From positions 2,514,055-2,578,054 of the forward strand of contig CP070695.1 in assembly GCA_020353515.1 (NCBI GenBank): DNA of 64,000 nucleotides, written 5' to 3'. Positions 49,455 through 60,078 of this stretch are shown here, in pieces. How positions within the stretch are numbered: the stretch's first letter is position 1; every line of letters begins with the position of its first letter. Source of the DNA: Candidatus Heimdallarchaeota archaeon. Its GTDB lineage: Archaea; Asgardarchaeota; Heimdallarchaeia; Hodarchaeales; Hodarchaeaceae. A program made the position numbers and the translations under genes. The notes under the pieces were generated by a model. The model was given only the letters and a program-made list of their open reading frames with translations. It was not told where the DNA came from and made no database searches.

Positions 49455-49583
49455 TTAACCAGTTTCATACATGATTCTACAAGATAGACAAAAATCCGGA
49501 TCAGCCATGTTAGCTTCCATGTTTTCTACCATAATTTCAGCAATGTCTTTCACAGTTTGATTTTTTTTCTGTTTTTTTTCCAT
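49455..49583 (-). CDS. putative 42-aa small protein with CxxC
   Basis: Manual translation MEKKQKKNQTVKDIAEIMVENMEANMADPDFCLSCRIMYETG*. Confidence 0.4.
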   Translation of the reverse strand: MEKKQKKNQTVKDIAEIMVENMEANMADPDFCLSCRIMYETG

Positions 49584-49781
49584 CTTACACATTCGATCGA
49601 TTTTTATTGGTAATCTTTGTTACTAAAGATATTGGTATTTTTTAATTTGCTAGAAAACAATAATTTCAAATGTGTTAAAAAATCTTCATTTTGTCACAAA
49701 GACTGACTTCTAAATCCATAGAAATTTAATGACAGTCATTTTTTAATGGAATGAGCGCACTTTGCCTTAAGTTGAGGTTCT

Positions 49782-51017
49782 ATGGTCAATCCTGCAAAGA
49801 ATTTACCCGAAAGGCCACTCTTTACGAGATTAGGTTTTTTTACGAAGAAAGGCTTTCTGTTCTTTTGTTTTTTTTCTTTGATTTATGATAATATTTATGT
49901 ACTGATCTTTGGGAAGGATAAATTGCAAATTATCCTATTTGCGATCCCCTATATTGTGACCTTGATTGTTGCTTACGTTTTAATATTTATTGGAGGACGC
50001 TATATCTTCTCGAAGATTAACTCCTTATTTGGTATTGATTTCACAGGTGAACAACAGAAACAAGACCTTTCCACTCCCCTAATATCGCCTCTTTTTACAG
50101 AAAAAGGATTTCATGCTTTTCAAACCTATGCTCTCCAACGACTCAATAAAAGATGGATTACGTATGGTGCATTCTTTTTAGTCGTTCTTTTGGAATTTAT
50201 CGGGATATGGGGGCCATTCCTCTTTTTTCAAGTAGATGAATGGGTGCAAAACTTTCCAGAGTTAACTGAAAATGGATTATATTACGCCTACCTGGTATTC
50301 AGGGTAGGTCCATTATCGCTATTTCTGTTCTGGTTTTTATTTTGTGTCAGCGCTCTAATTTTTCTAATAATCGAAGTAATGATTATTTTTAACGCTTTGG
50401 GAAACTTCTCGGGTCTTTCCTTGAACAAAATTTCGGAATACTTAGACAGCTCCGTTGAAAACGAAAGTCCTGACGTTTTTTCCCAAAAATCCGAATTTGT
50501 ACAATTTTCACTCACGAATTTTCGTAGAAAATGTAAAATTATCCCTCAAATGTTTCTCAAAATAAATATAGGAATTTCTATTGGAACTGTAATTCTGGTA
50601 CTTATGGCTTCAATCTATATTTCAAATATTCTAGAAGAAGAAGTGAGAACTTTCGCCATTTCTTCCTTTTTTCCCATGATACCAGGAATAATGTTGCTTA
50701 ATCTTGCTGTGTTTATCTTTCCTCAATATTCCCTGCATCGACACCTTGAACGTATAAAAAAAGCCTTTTTGGATTATATATCGCATTTTGCAGACCTAAG
50801 ATCAGGTCAATATCTTAATTTCACTTTTACCGATAACTTAGAAGAAGGTAAAGAAAGACAATTACTTTTAAGTGAATTACAGACACTCAATCAAATAATT
50901 GAACAAGCTGAAGGCTTTTCAACATGGCCCTTCGATTATAATCATGTAACTACCCTTCTGATTGGTTTAATATTACCTTTTGCTACCTTGATCATTGAAA
51001 TCCTCTTCATTCTTTAG
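49782..51017 (+). CDS. hypothetical polytopic membrane protein
   Basis: ~7 TM; FIFPQYSLH and STWPFD motifs; GAGG SD. Confidence 0.75.
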   Translation: MVNPAKNLPERPLFTRLGFFTKKGFLFFCFFSLIYDNIYVLIFGKDKLQIILFAIPYIVTLIVAYVLIFIGGRYIFSKINSLFGIDFTGEQQKQDLSTPLISPLFTEKGFHAFQTYALQRLNKRWITYGAFFLVVLLEFIGIWGPFLFFQVDEWVQNFPELTENGLYYAYLVFRVGPLSLFLFWFLFCVSALIFLIIEVMIIFNALGNFSGLSLNKISEYLDSSVENESPDVFSQKSEFVQFSLTNFRRKCKIIPQMFLKINIGISIGTVILVLMASIYISNILEEEVRTFAISSFFPMIPGIMLLNLAVFIFPQYSLHRHLERIKKAFLDYISHFADLRSGQYLNFTFTDNLEEGKERQLLLSELQTLNQIIEQAEGFSTWPFDYNHVTTLLIGLILPFATLIIEILFIL

Positions 51018-51027
51018 TTAAAGATGT

Positions 51028-51531
51028 ATGACAATGGTATTTCAGAAAATAGTGATAAATGGGCTATTTTATACACTAATTTGTACTCTATATCTGTTGA
51101 TTTTCATGATTACTTTCAATCCTCGAATATGGGGTTATCAGGATTATCCAGAAAAAATCAAGGAAAAAATCCCTCCACAAACACGAAGAGAAAGAGTGAC
51201 CGCGGGTTTGGTGGGAATACCCTGGTTTTTGTTCCTTCTCGCTTATCCTTTGATTTCAACACTTGTCTTAAAAACTGAGTTGAATGGGAAAATTTCATTC
51301 GAAATAGCGTTTTTAAACATCTTTTTTATGGTGTTTTTATTTTTTCTCGTTGATTTAATCGTTTTAGATTGGTTAATTATAAGCAAAATTACCCCACAGT
51401 TTGTAATCATTGACGGGACAACGCCTGAAGAGTATAAAGAATTTTCTCATCATTACAAAGGGCACCTTATTGCTGCTGTTCCTCTCATCCTAGTTTGTGC
51501 TGTTTTTTCTGCAATTATCGTATTTATTTAG
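51028..51531 (+). CDS. 4-TM membrane protein
   Basis: QDYPEKIK, DLIVLDW, EYKEFSHH. Confidence 0.7.
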   Translation: MTMVFQKIVINGLFYTLICTLYLLIFMITFNPRIWGYQDYPEKIKEKIPPQTRRERVTAGLVGIPWFLFLLAYPLISTLVLKTELNGKISFEIAFLNIFFMVFLFFLVDLIVLDWLIISKITPQFVIIDGTTPEEYKEFSHHYKGHLIAAVPLILVCAVFSAIIVFI

Positions 51532-51702
51532 TGACACCTTTTAACCATGAACGGAGCTACTAATAGCTCTCCTTTTTCACAAATTCAGCTTTTTCATTTT
51601 TTTGAGTTTAGATTTTGTGATACGATCTTTTTTTTCGGAGAACTACTCCTAGAGTCATCTGGAAACGAGCTGGTTAGTAGTCATAATTTTCCCCCTGTAG
51701 CT

Positions 51703-53997
51703 CTAATATTCACTTTTTTTTCTATTTCTTCTTCTTCTAATTATAAATATTGACAAAATCAGCATTAAACTGATTATCAATAGAAATCCAGGGCTAGAGG
51801 TACTTTCTGTTGTTGCAGTTGTTGTGAGACTTGTAGTACTATGGCCAGTCGTGGAGGAAGCTAGAGTACCACTTGTGGAGGTTGTAGGTGCCGTTGAAGA
51901 ACCTGTTTCACTTGAAGTTGAAGATAGACTTGTTGAAGGAAGGACAAATTCAACAGAAAGAGTAATTGTCCAATTAACAAACCATTTCATTTGAGTTGAT
52001 ATGTTGATGAGGCCAATTTCACCATTATTACGACCTAGAGTATCGAAAGTGGCATTATACGTCCCATCTGTTAATTGGTTCATATATACATCATCAGTCC
52101 AATTGGCTTTGCATAATATGGGTGCATTCATAATATGATTGTGGTTATGAATTGATTTGTAAAATGCCTTGACAATTAACTTATCACCAATAACAATAGT
52201 ATTATCGGTCTCGGTTGTTAATGATGTGTTGATAATAATATCAACCGTACGTGTGAAAGTTCCGACTTTTGTTTTATCTGTATTATACCAGAACGCTTGG
52301 AGATTATAAGTCCCATTGGCAGTGGTGACAGGATCTACTGAAGCATTAATATCCCAAATATCACTAAAAGTGGTGTGAGAAGTGTTGAAATTCGTATTAT
52401 CAGCCACAAGCAGTCCATAATACTCAATCCAATAGCTAATATTTCCTCCAGGAAGTTCCACCTTAAAATTTAAGTTTAAAGTATCAGTGATATATGCTTT
52501 GTATGGAAGAGAAAGAGTGGAATCATCTCTTGAGAGATTAAAATTAAGCAAATAATTGGGAGCAATAAACCAGATATGCCAGGTGACATTCTGGCAGAGA
52601 GTACTCGCATTAATGACCATACTGGTGTTTCCATACGTGTAGTTATGATTAGGATCACCATCCCAAGTAATATTCACATTATCCGTTAAGGTGGTATATT
52701 CAGGAGTACTAGAGTCATTCCAAAAAATTTCTGAGCCGTTCCAGTCAGTTCTAATACCTTTGATTGCAATTGTTCGATTTCTGATAAGATCGTTTGATTT
52801 CACTTTACTAGTAGAAAAAGTCAAGTTCCATAAAGCAATAGAATTATTAGCTACTTCAAAGGTTGTATGTCCACTAATGGGATTGATAAGATAAGTGAAA
52901 TTGGTATATTTCTTGAGGGTCATAAGTACGGATGTATTAGTATTAAACTTGTGAACCAAAGTGTCATTTGCTATAAATGAGAATGATCTGAGAGAATAAT
53001 TTCCTAAAGTTGTATTATAAGTCATAGCTATCTGTGTTGGACTGGAATAAGTTAAACGATCCCAATCTTCATTAGTAGGAAGAACTCGAATTGCTGAAAG
53101 AATATCTCCTGCAGGGAAGGGATTAAGAACCCAACTTCCATCATGAGATGCTTTTGCGGCCCAATCACCAGCATTTTCATTATTATCATCATCTTGGGTA
53201 AACCATGCCCAATACCCAAATGCCTGATTCCCCGTATCATTAAGAACTAACCAATAGGAACCCTTTGTTACATTGATGGGCTCGGGGAGAGTACAAATGA
53301 CCCATGTAGGACCAATGGACACACCCAGATCCAGAAAAGCAAAAGCTTCTTCTAATCTGGTAGTACCAAGTTCTTTCCCTGGTTCCCCAGAGTTATCATC
53401 AAAGATTGAAACATTCCCATGAGGGATTTGGCCATCTTTTGCTACATCAATATAATGAATGAAAAGAGAAATCTGTGTAATATTAGCATAATCTTCCTTC
53501 ATTTGGAATTCCTGAGCTACTTCAAGATATGTGGTAGAGTAACGTGTATCCCTATCTACCGTTTCGTTCTCGATAGACCGCCAGTCATCAGTCGCAGTGA
53601 CATTCTGTATCTGAAAGTTGAGAGTATTCCAAGAATATCCATCCAAAGAACGGACAGTAAAGGTATCATTGTTATTCGTGGGGTTACCACTCTTAATAGA
53701 ATTGGTTGTGTCAAGGCTCGAGTTTGTAATACGTATTAAAGAGTCATGAATTTGATACATTCCTTCTCCACTGCCATGGATTGTATCAGTGAGAGGATCA
53801 TTGCTGTAAATAGAAGTAGGTTTGATAGAAACCTCAGGGGTTATTGGGATAGAGTTGTTCTGAGTCAGTTCTTGACTTAAAAGATGAATTTGATCAGAAA
53901 AAACTAGAACAAGATTGAGTGAAGTTATAAAAAGGAATGTAAGAAAGAGACTTCGAATAACAGACGAAGGATGATCCGACAAAAGGAATCCAACCAT
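51703..53997 (-). CDS. large surface glycoprotein with S/T linker and PGF-CTERM-like sorting signal
   Basis: Many NxS/T sequons; VAQEF...GSYWLVL beta domain; SPGF-TM-RRRRNRKK. Confidence 0.82.
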   Translation of the reverse strand: MVGFLLSDHPSSVIRSLFLTFLFITSLNLVLVFSDQIHLLSQELTQNNSIPITPEVSIKPTSIYSNDPLTDTIHGSGEGMYQIHDSLIRITNSSLDTTNSIKSGNPTNNNDTFTVRSLDGYSWNTLNFQIQNVTATDDWRSIENETVDRDTRYSTTYLEVAQEFQMKEDYANITQISLFIHYIDVAKDGQIPHGNVSIFDDNSGEPGKELGTTRLEEAFAFLDLGVSIGPTWVICTLPEPINVTKGSYWLVLNDTGNQAFGYWAWFTQDDDNNENAGDWAAKASHDGSWVLNPFPAGDILSAIRVLPTNEDWDRLTYSSPTQIAMTYNTTLGNYSLRSFSFIANDTLVHKFNTNTSVLMTLKKYTNFTYLINPISGHTTFEVANNSIALWNLTFSTSKVKSNDLIRNRTIAIKGIRTDWNGSEIFWNDSSTPEYTTLTDNVNITWDGDPNHNYTYGNTSMVINASTLCQNVTWHIWFIAPNYLLNFNLSRDDSTLSLPYKAYITDTLNLNFKVELPGGNISYWIEYYGLLVADNTNFNTSHTTFSDIWDINASVDPVTTANGTYNLQAFWYNTDKTKVGTFTRTVDIIINTSLTTETDNTIVIGDKLIVKAFYKSIHNHNHIMNAPILCKANWTDDVYMNQLTDGTYNATFDTLGRNNGEIGLINISTQMKWFVNWTITLSVEFVLPSTSLSSTSSETGSSTAPTTSTSGTLASSTTGHSTTSLTTTATTESTSSPGFLLIISLMLILSIFIIRRRRNRKKSEY

Positions 53998-54093
53998 TTA
54001 AGATATAAATTTTGAAAGAATGACACCTATTAAAAATATATATCCGCTCTCCCATTATCTTATTTTTCGATTGAAACTATGGGGACAGTTCAA

Positions 54094-54510
54094 TTATAAT
54101 GAATTATACTGCCCACCTAATATTTGCTCTATTCGTTGTTGTTTTCCTCTTGCCATGATGTTAAAGATTCGTTCATTCCCAGGTTCAGTTGAAAATTCGT
54201 GAATCACCAATTGATATTGCAAAATTGAAAAAACGATCCAATGGATGGTTGACATCTCCTTCATCCAGATATCACTCTCAGTTTTAAAGCCATCAAGAGC
54301 CTGAGCTAATTCTGCATTGGTAAATTTTGTTTTTGGAATTCCCAATTTCGCGGTGACCTTCGTAAGCAACTCTTCCAAGTTCGGTATATTTGTAAGTGTA
54401 AATCCATCTGGTATGGCAATAATGTAGCTTGAGGAGGATTGTTTTTGAATTGTGTCATCTTGTTTTTTCATCAAATGAATCTCCATATGGTACTTCAAAA
54501 CTACTTTCAC
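54094..54510 (-). CDS. hypothetical protein
   Basis: 138-aa ORF, GGAG SD. Confidence 0.6.
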   Translation of the reverse strand: MKVVLKYHMEIHLMKKQDDTIQKQSSSSYIIAIPDGFTLTNIPNLEELLTKVTAKLGIPKTKFTNAELAQALDGFKTESDIWMKEMSTIHWIVFSILQYQLVIHEFSTEPGNERIFNIMARGKQQRIEQILGGQYNSL

Positions 54511-54783
54511 TCCTATTTAAAGACTAGTAATTGTAGGAATCAATGCCACTATAGGAAACTAAATGAAATTTGAGTGGAAATTTTCTAGGTGAGGGATTTT
54601 ACTGTAAGTAAACATACAATTTACAACCCTTCACTAGTCGAAAAGTAGAGAGAAGCCTAAATCCGTCTTCACAACTCTTATTAGGATCAATTTAAAATAG
54701 AAGGCAAAATTAACTTCATTCAAGAAAAAAACTAAATGGGACACAACAGTTTTTCCGCTCTAGAACTAGTTGGATAGGCAAAG

Positions 54784-55656
54784 ATGGTCAATAGAAAAGT
54801 CAGTTTTTTAGAAGCAGTTTCCTTATTGGACTCTCAAACATATCCTGAAGGAGCACAAATGAATATAGAATTTGAATGTCTTGCTTACGAAAGGTGTTCA
54901 GAAACAAAAACGTATGGACCAGCACCATACCGATTGTTACGAATCACAGATACCCAATATTCAAATGTTAGAACACTATATGTCTGGGGTGACTATGGAT
55001 ACACCTATAATATGAATCTAGCTGCTTCTATTAAGAAAGGTGATAGATTATTAGTATTAAATCCTTCACAGCCCCGAAATAGTAGCTATTCAAGAGATGA
55101 ACGGGGAAATAATGCTTTTTGGATTGAACAGTGGGATGGATCTGCAGAGGAAGGATCACGACTAGTTAAGATAACTGAATCAAGAGAGATATGCTGTGTT
55201 TGCAGACGGCCCATAACATCAGAAGAGGAAATAATTTATTGTCCAACGTGTCAGAACCCTTTTCATCCGCCTCATTTTGCTGAAACTCTTAAATTGACAG
55301 GAAAATGCCCGATTTGTGCAACAAAAAGCTCTTTCGACAAAATTATGAAGAACATTGCTGAGGTCTTCGATTTCCCAAAAAATAAAACTATTGAGACCTT
55401 TACATTAACACGAAAAACTGAAACCTTTCACCTCAAAGATAATCGAAAGAATTCAAATTATGAAGTTTTTCCACTAGTTTCAACCGATAAGTACAAATTG
55501 AAAAAAGTCTGTTCATATATCAAAACACGAACAGGAGCAGGGGTCAAAATTCGATCTGCATATGGAAGACGATTTATTCAAATCTCCTACCAAGATGGAA
55601 TAACACTAGACTTGCTCGAAAAGATTATTAGACAATACGAACAGACCATTCTTTGA
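54784..55656 (+). CDS. RING-finger protein with a possible N-terminal OB fold
   Basis: CCVC-x12-CPTC-x4-HPPH-x10-CPIC; N-terminal ITD...LYVWGD...IKKGDRLLV. Confidence 0.7.
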   Translation: MVNRKVSFLEAVSLLDSQTYPEGAQMNIEFECLAYERCSETKTYGPAPYRLLRITDTQYSNVRTLYVWGDYGYTYNMNLAASIKKGDRLLVLNPSQPRNSSYSRDERGNNAFWIEQWDGSAEEGSRLVKITESREICCVCRRPITSEEEIIYCPTCQNPFHPPHFAETLKLTGKCPICATKSSFDKIMKNIAEVFDFPKNKTIETFTLTRKTETFHLKDNRKNSNYEVFPLVSTDKYKLKKVCSYIKTRTGAGVKIRSAYGRRFIQISYQDGITLDLLEKIIRQYEQTIL

Positions 55657-55890
55657 TGACTTCGCAATCACAGAATGGCACGTAAATACAATACTTAATG
55701 GACGATATACGCAATTACAAATCATCGGAGTGAAAGAAAAGATTTTGATATTCTTATTGAGACTGATTTAAAGATTGGTAACGAGCTACTACAATCTTCT
55801 AAGCTTTAGAAATCGGTTGATAGAATCTCTCACACACAATTGATGGTGAAACAGTAGTTCTACCCAGCTTTCACTACTCCATCAAATCCA

Positions 55891-57333
55891 TTGGAGCTAG
55901 AATCATTGCATAGTTCTATTAGGTTTCAAATATCAGATAAAAATTATCGGAAAAGGGCCTTTGTAAATTTATTAGTACTTATTGGTTGGCTATTACTTGG
56001 TGCAGATCTAGTTCCCATTTTGGGGTTGTTTTCAACAGCATTTCTATCAATGGCCATTACTCTTATTGGTTTTCTGACCTACAAGTCAAAAAGATGGAAT
56101 GCGAGAATTAATAAAAGAATAGAATGGATAATTATCATATTCTTATCACTAGGACTCATATTGTTCATCCTCTACTTAGAAAATAAGGTTGATTTTTTAC
56201 TCATCATAGCAAGACCTTTTAACTTACTCCAACCAGTCCCCGCAATTCCTTTTACAGAAAAATTCGGATATTTAACTGGTTACACTATCTTTCAGACAAT
56301 TACAATAGTTATATTTCTCGCACTCCTTTCTCAACGAAGGAAAATTGTGTGGACAGTAGACCTTTCAAATCAAATACTTCATCTAGTGCTTTATCATCCA
56401 TTTTATGATGAAAATCGAATAATTCATTTTAAAAACGTTCAAGAAGCAGAATTCGGAGCCTCATCACCATTTAAACGGCTTTTTACAAACACACAAGAAA
56501 TAACATTAACCAGATTGGACTCTAGAAAGGAAAAACATGAATTAAGTCTTGTTGAAACTCCAATTTTCCTTCTTATGGATCAGCTAATTTCAATTTTTGA
56601 AGTTCTCTTACCCAAAGAAGAAATTTCCATAAGGTGGTTTCGAGAGTTGGGTGACTCTCTACAGAATGGATTACTTACACGATACAAGATTACAGAACAT
56701 ATTACTCTCCCAATACCCCTTTCTCAAAGATTTTTTATGGGGAAAAAGTTCCTAACAAAGATGACTTCAACATCACAACCCGTTATAAAAGAAGTAGCTC
56801 ATCCTAAGCGAGGTGCACTTTATAGGTTAAGATTAGGAGATATATTCCTCTTCTTAATTGGAATATGCTGTCTTCCTGTTGCTATAATTTTAGGATCGTT
56901 TTTAATTGACCTTAGAATCAAAAGTATTTCTTTTCCTGAATTCGGTTTCACTCATGGGTTCAATGGAGAAATATTATTGATCGGTTCACTCTTTCTGATT
57001 GTAATTATCACTGGTTTTCGTCTAGTTTTTCTTCATTCAGTAAGATTATTTGGTCAGACGACATTACAATGGACAGAAAATGCACTTCTCATTAGTACAC
57101 AATGGAGATTTCTGAAAATAATTGACCATATTATCCCTTACTCACTGATTTGGGATATTTATCCGATCCTCGAGTCTTTAACAACTGGATTATCAAAGAT
57201 TTGGGTTCAAACTCCCTTCATCAGACTCCCTATTTGGAGTGAAATTACACCAAATGATCCTGAAATTAATAAGATTGTGTTCAATACAGTTTATCATGTA
57301 GAAAAGGAATTGAAAAGTACCCATCAAAAGTGA
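55891..57333 (+). CDS. hypothetical membrane protein (possible PH-like soluble domains)
   Basis: Two TM clusters, each followed by a beta-rich segment. Confidence 0.65.
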   Translation: MELESLHSSIRFQISDKNYRKRAFVNLLVLIGWLLLGADLVPILGLFSTAFLSMAITLIGFLTYKSKRWNARINKRIEWIIIIFLSLGLILFILYLENKVDFLLIIARPFNLLQPVPAIPFTEKFGYLTGYTIFQTITIVIFLALLSQRRKIVWTVDLSNQILHLVLYHPFYDENRIIHFKNVQEAEFGASSPFKRLFTNTQEITLTRLDSRKEKHELSLVETPIFLLMDQLISIFEVLLPKEEISIRWFRELGDSLQNGLLTRYKITEHITLPIPLSQRFFMGKKFLTKMTSTSQPVIKEVAHPKRGALYRLRLGDIFLFLIGICCLPVAIILGSFLIDLRIKSISFPEFGFTHGFNGEILLIGSLFLIVIITGFRLVFLHSVRLFGQTTLQWTENALLISTQWRFLKIIDHIIPYSLIWDIYPILESLTTGLSKIWVQTPFIRLPIWSEITPNDPEINKIVFNTVYHVEKELKSTHQK

Positions 57334-57366
57334 TCTATTAGAAAAAAAAAAGAGGGGGATGTTTAC

Positions 57367-58539
57367 TTAGAATAGCATCAGAACTTCGAACCACGCTCTG
57401 TAATATGGAGTCCAACTCCCATCGGTATCCTGGTAATTTCTGATTCCATTGATGACAACTTTGTAAAGTGGCCAAGCAGCGATCCCAACTCCTACAATGA
57501 ACGATACTCCTGAGGATTGAAATAGTGCATAAATTGCTGTGGCAATAGAAATCCCGCATATAATCCAATCAAGAGGATTAGCAGTGTTATAAATTGCGTC
57601 TACGACTCTTGAGGCTCCACTATAAAGAATTCTCAAAAACAATGATGTTAAGTTAGCAATACTTGCTAAGGTGACTCCTCGAACTGTCAATGATGCGATT
57701 CGAGCAAGAAGAGAAACTTCTGGAGTTCCTCGGCGGAAAAGCCACCTGAAGAAAGCACCTAGCTTACTCACAAATGTTGAACCATAGGTTGTGATAATGT
57801 AGGGAATTCCCCAAATTAGAGCAGCTTGTGTTAGTAAGGTTATGATTAGCTGGATTCCAAATTGACGCCATTCCACATCAGACATATATGGTTGGCTCGA
57901 TGTGCTCGAACTACTGCTGCCACCGCCTTCCTCTACTAGAGGTAACGTCATCTCTGGTTGGCCATTTTCTAACGCAATTAATCGGGAAACGATATTGTCA
58001 GATACTCTTTCTAATACATTTTCCCTTTTGGTGAATTGAGGCGCTTTACTTCCCAAGATATAATTGATACAATTAGCTGCTAGAATACCATCGATTTTTC
58101 CTTGAAATCCGAATACAGTTTTTGTTGTGCTTAGTTTTGCTGCTTCATTGGATTTACACGCTGCAAAGATAATTACAGGAGCAGGATTATTTTCAATGAG
58201 TTGAGTGTAATCTACAATCCTTTCATCAGCCTGAATTCCTTGCGAACCACCATGGCCAACAAAAATGATGATACTAGATGTTCGGAGACTCTCTATTACA
58301 TATTGAAGACTATTATAGTGAACTGAAATTGCGGAGAGTTCATTTTTAAGTTCAGAGATAGTTACTGCTACTTCTGGAGAAGTTGACTCCATGTTAACTA
58401 TTAAGGGGGTCATTGAGGGGCTTGAAAACGCTTGCACAAAAGGGACGGCCATTAAAACAATCGTAACGATTATCAGTTGGAGTATTTTTGTATAATAACC
58501 AATTCCCTTTCGACTTTCACATCCTGTCTCTTCACACAT
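57367..58539 (-). CDS. secreted protein with a caspase/CHAT-like His-Cys motif pair and a hydrophobic C-terminal domain
   Basis: Signal peptide, IIFVGHG, IIFAACKS, G/S linker, several hydrophobic helices. Confidence 0.55.
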   Translation of the reverse strand: MCEETGCESRKGIGYYTKILQLIIVTIVLMAVPFVQAFSSPSMTPLIVNMESTSPEVAVTISELKNELSAISVHYNSLQYVIESLRTSSIIIFVGHGGSQGIQADERIVDYTQLIENNPAPVIIFAACKSNEAAKLSTTKTVFGFQGKIDGILAANCINYILGSKAPQFTKRENVLERVSDNIVSRLIALENGQPEMTLPLVEEGGGSSSSSTSSQPYMSDVEWRQFGIQLIITLLTQAALIWGIPYIITTYGSTFVSKLGAFFRWLFRRGTPEVSLLARIASLTVRGVTLASIANLTSLFLRILYSGASRVVDAIYNTANPLDWIICGISIATAIYALFQSSGVSFIVGVGIAAWPLYKVVINGIRNYQDTDGSWTPYYRAWFEVLMLF

Positions 58540-58918
58540 AAAAATCCCTTCAGGTCTTAGGTAAGACTTCAGAGGTAGGAAACATCTGGGTTGAATAAAT
58601 GATCCCGAGATGTATCGAACGTTTTAATATAAAAAATTAACTACTGAAGTTACACTTAGAGTAAAAAGTATCAATGGGAAAAGCAGCCTTACAAAGATTT
58701 TTATCCATCATTTTTAATTCAGATTGAACTAGATTGGTGGTTTTGAATCCTTTCGCGACTCAGTTGCGGATTTCCCGTCAATACCTGAGAATTCAATAGA
58801 ATCATCTTAGGTCAAATATTCGAAACCTCACAGTGGTATGTCGTCAATGTGCCCTGGAAAATTGCTGTAAAAAATCGTAGATAACCCCAATATGACGAAT
58901 AGGAGGAGGAGGACAATA

Positions 58919-59875
58919 CTACGGTATCCTCTTTCGACGCAAGACAATGGATTCAGAGAGAAGGCATAAGATTTCGAACATAATTGTAGCCCCTACCAGA
59001 GCAGTATTGCCAGAGGGATCGAATGGGGGTGCTACTTCGACAACATCTCCCCCAATTAGATTAAGACCTCGTAACCCTCTTAATAATGCCTGTGCCTCGA
59101 TAGTAGTTAATCCCCCAATCTCTGGTGTACCAGTACCAGGAGTAAAAACTGGATCGAGACTATCTACATCGAAGGAGATGTAAGTCGGGCCATTATCAAC
59201 CACACGACGGGTCTCCGCAATAACAGCTTCGATGCCCAACTTTGTAAACTCCTCTATGAAGACCACTCGCATACCTGAATTATATGAAAAATCCCATCCC
59301 TCCTCTGTGTCCTGAGCACCACGGATTCCAATCTGTATTGTTCGCTTGGGATCAAGGAATCCTTCTTCGACAGCTCTACGAAACGGAGTACCGTGAGTAA
59401 ATTTAAAACCCATCTCCTCATCACAGGTGTCGGTGTGAGCATCAACATGAACCATGCCAACTGGCCGATCTTCAGCTATTGCTTTTAGAATAGGGTAACT
59501 TATCGAATGATCACCCCCAGCACTCAATGGAATGACACCTGCAGAATGTACTTTGCGATAAAATTGTGTAATATCATTGAGAGCCTCTTCTATCTGATAG
59601 AGGTGGGTAATTGGGACATCACCCATATCAGCAATACTACAAATCTTATATGGATTGATTCTAGTCACGTGATGAATGGAGCGTAACATACTCGACATAT
59701 TGCGGATTTCACGGGGCCCATGACGTGCACCAGCTCGGTTCTCGACACCACCATCAAAAGGAACCCCGATGATAGCGATATCTAGTTTTGATGGATCGTG
59801 AATTAGCGGTGTACGCATGAAAGTTGCTATTCCTGCGTAGCGAGGTGCTGATATAAAATTATTGTTATTCTTCAT
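58919..59875 (-). CDS. speB: agmatinase / ureohydrolase
   Basis: GGDHS, DAHTD, HGTPF, SFDVDSLDP, PGTGTP, DVVEVAP. Confidence 0.92.
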   Translation of the reverse strand: MKNNNNFISAPRYAGIATFMRTPLIHDPSKLDIAIIGVPFDGGVENRAGARHGPREIRNMSSMLRSIHHVTRINPYKICSIADMGDVPITHLYQIEEALNDITQFYRKVHSAGVIPLSAGGDHSISYPILKAIAEDRPVGMVHVDAHTDTCDEEMGFKFTHGTPFRRAVEEGFLDPKRTIQIGIRGAQDTEEGWDFSYNSGMRVVFIEEFTKLGIEAVIAETRRVVDNGPTYISFDVDSLDPVFTPGTGTPEIGGLTTIEAQALLRGLRGLNLIGGDVVEVAPPFDPSGNTALVGATIMFEILCLLSESIVLRRKRIP

Positions 59876-60078
59876 GGAAATTTCCTCTTTTTGTGTTTAA
59901 GCATTAAATCTATTAATTCTCAAAAATCATCTGTTAAAATTATCTCCAGATTATTAGTATATTTCGAAAAACACTGCAATTTTTTTATAGTAGTCTGAAG
60001 AATAAATTTTTCTCATTTTTCTGAGTCATGCTATTTGTCAATCATAATTATATCAATTAGATTAATTGGAATCATTTG

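Noticed and set aside
55675-55890. In-frame upstream extension of ORF 55891 through TAG and TAA codons (recoding?)
   Set aside because: Three stops of mixed type; TAG is used as a normal stop elsewhere in the window
59876-60078. Guanidine riboswitch upstream of the ureohydrolase
   Set aside because: AT-rich region with no recognisable conserved riboswitch motifs
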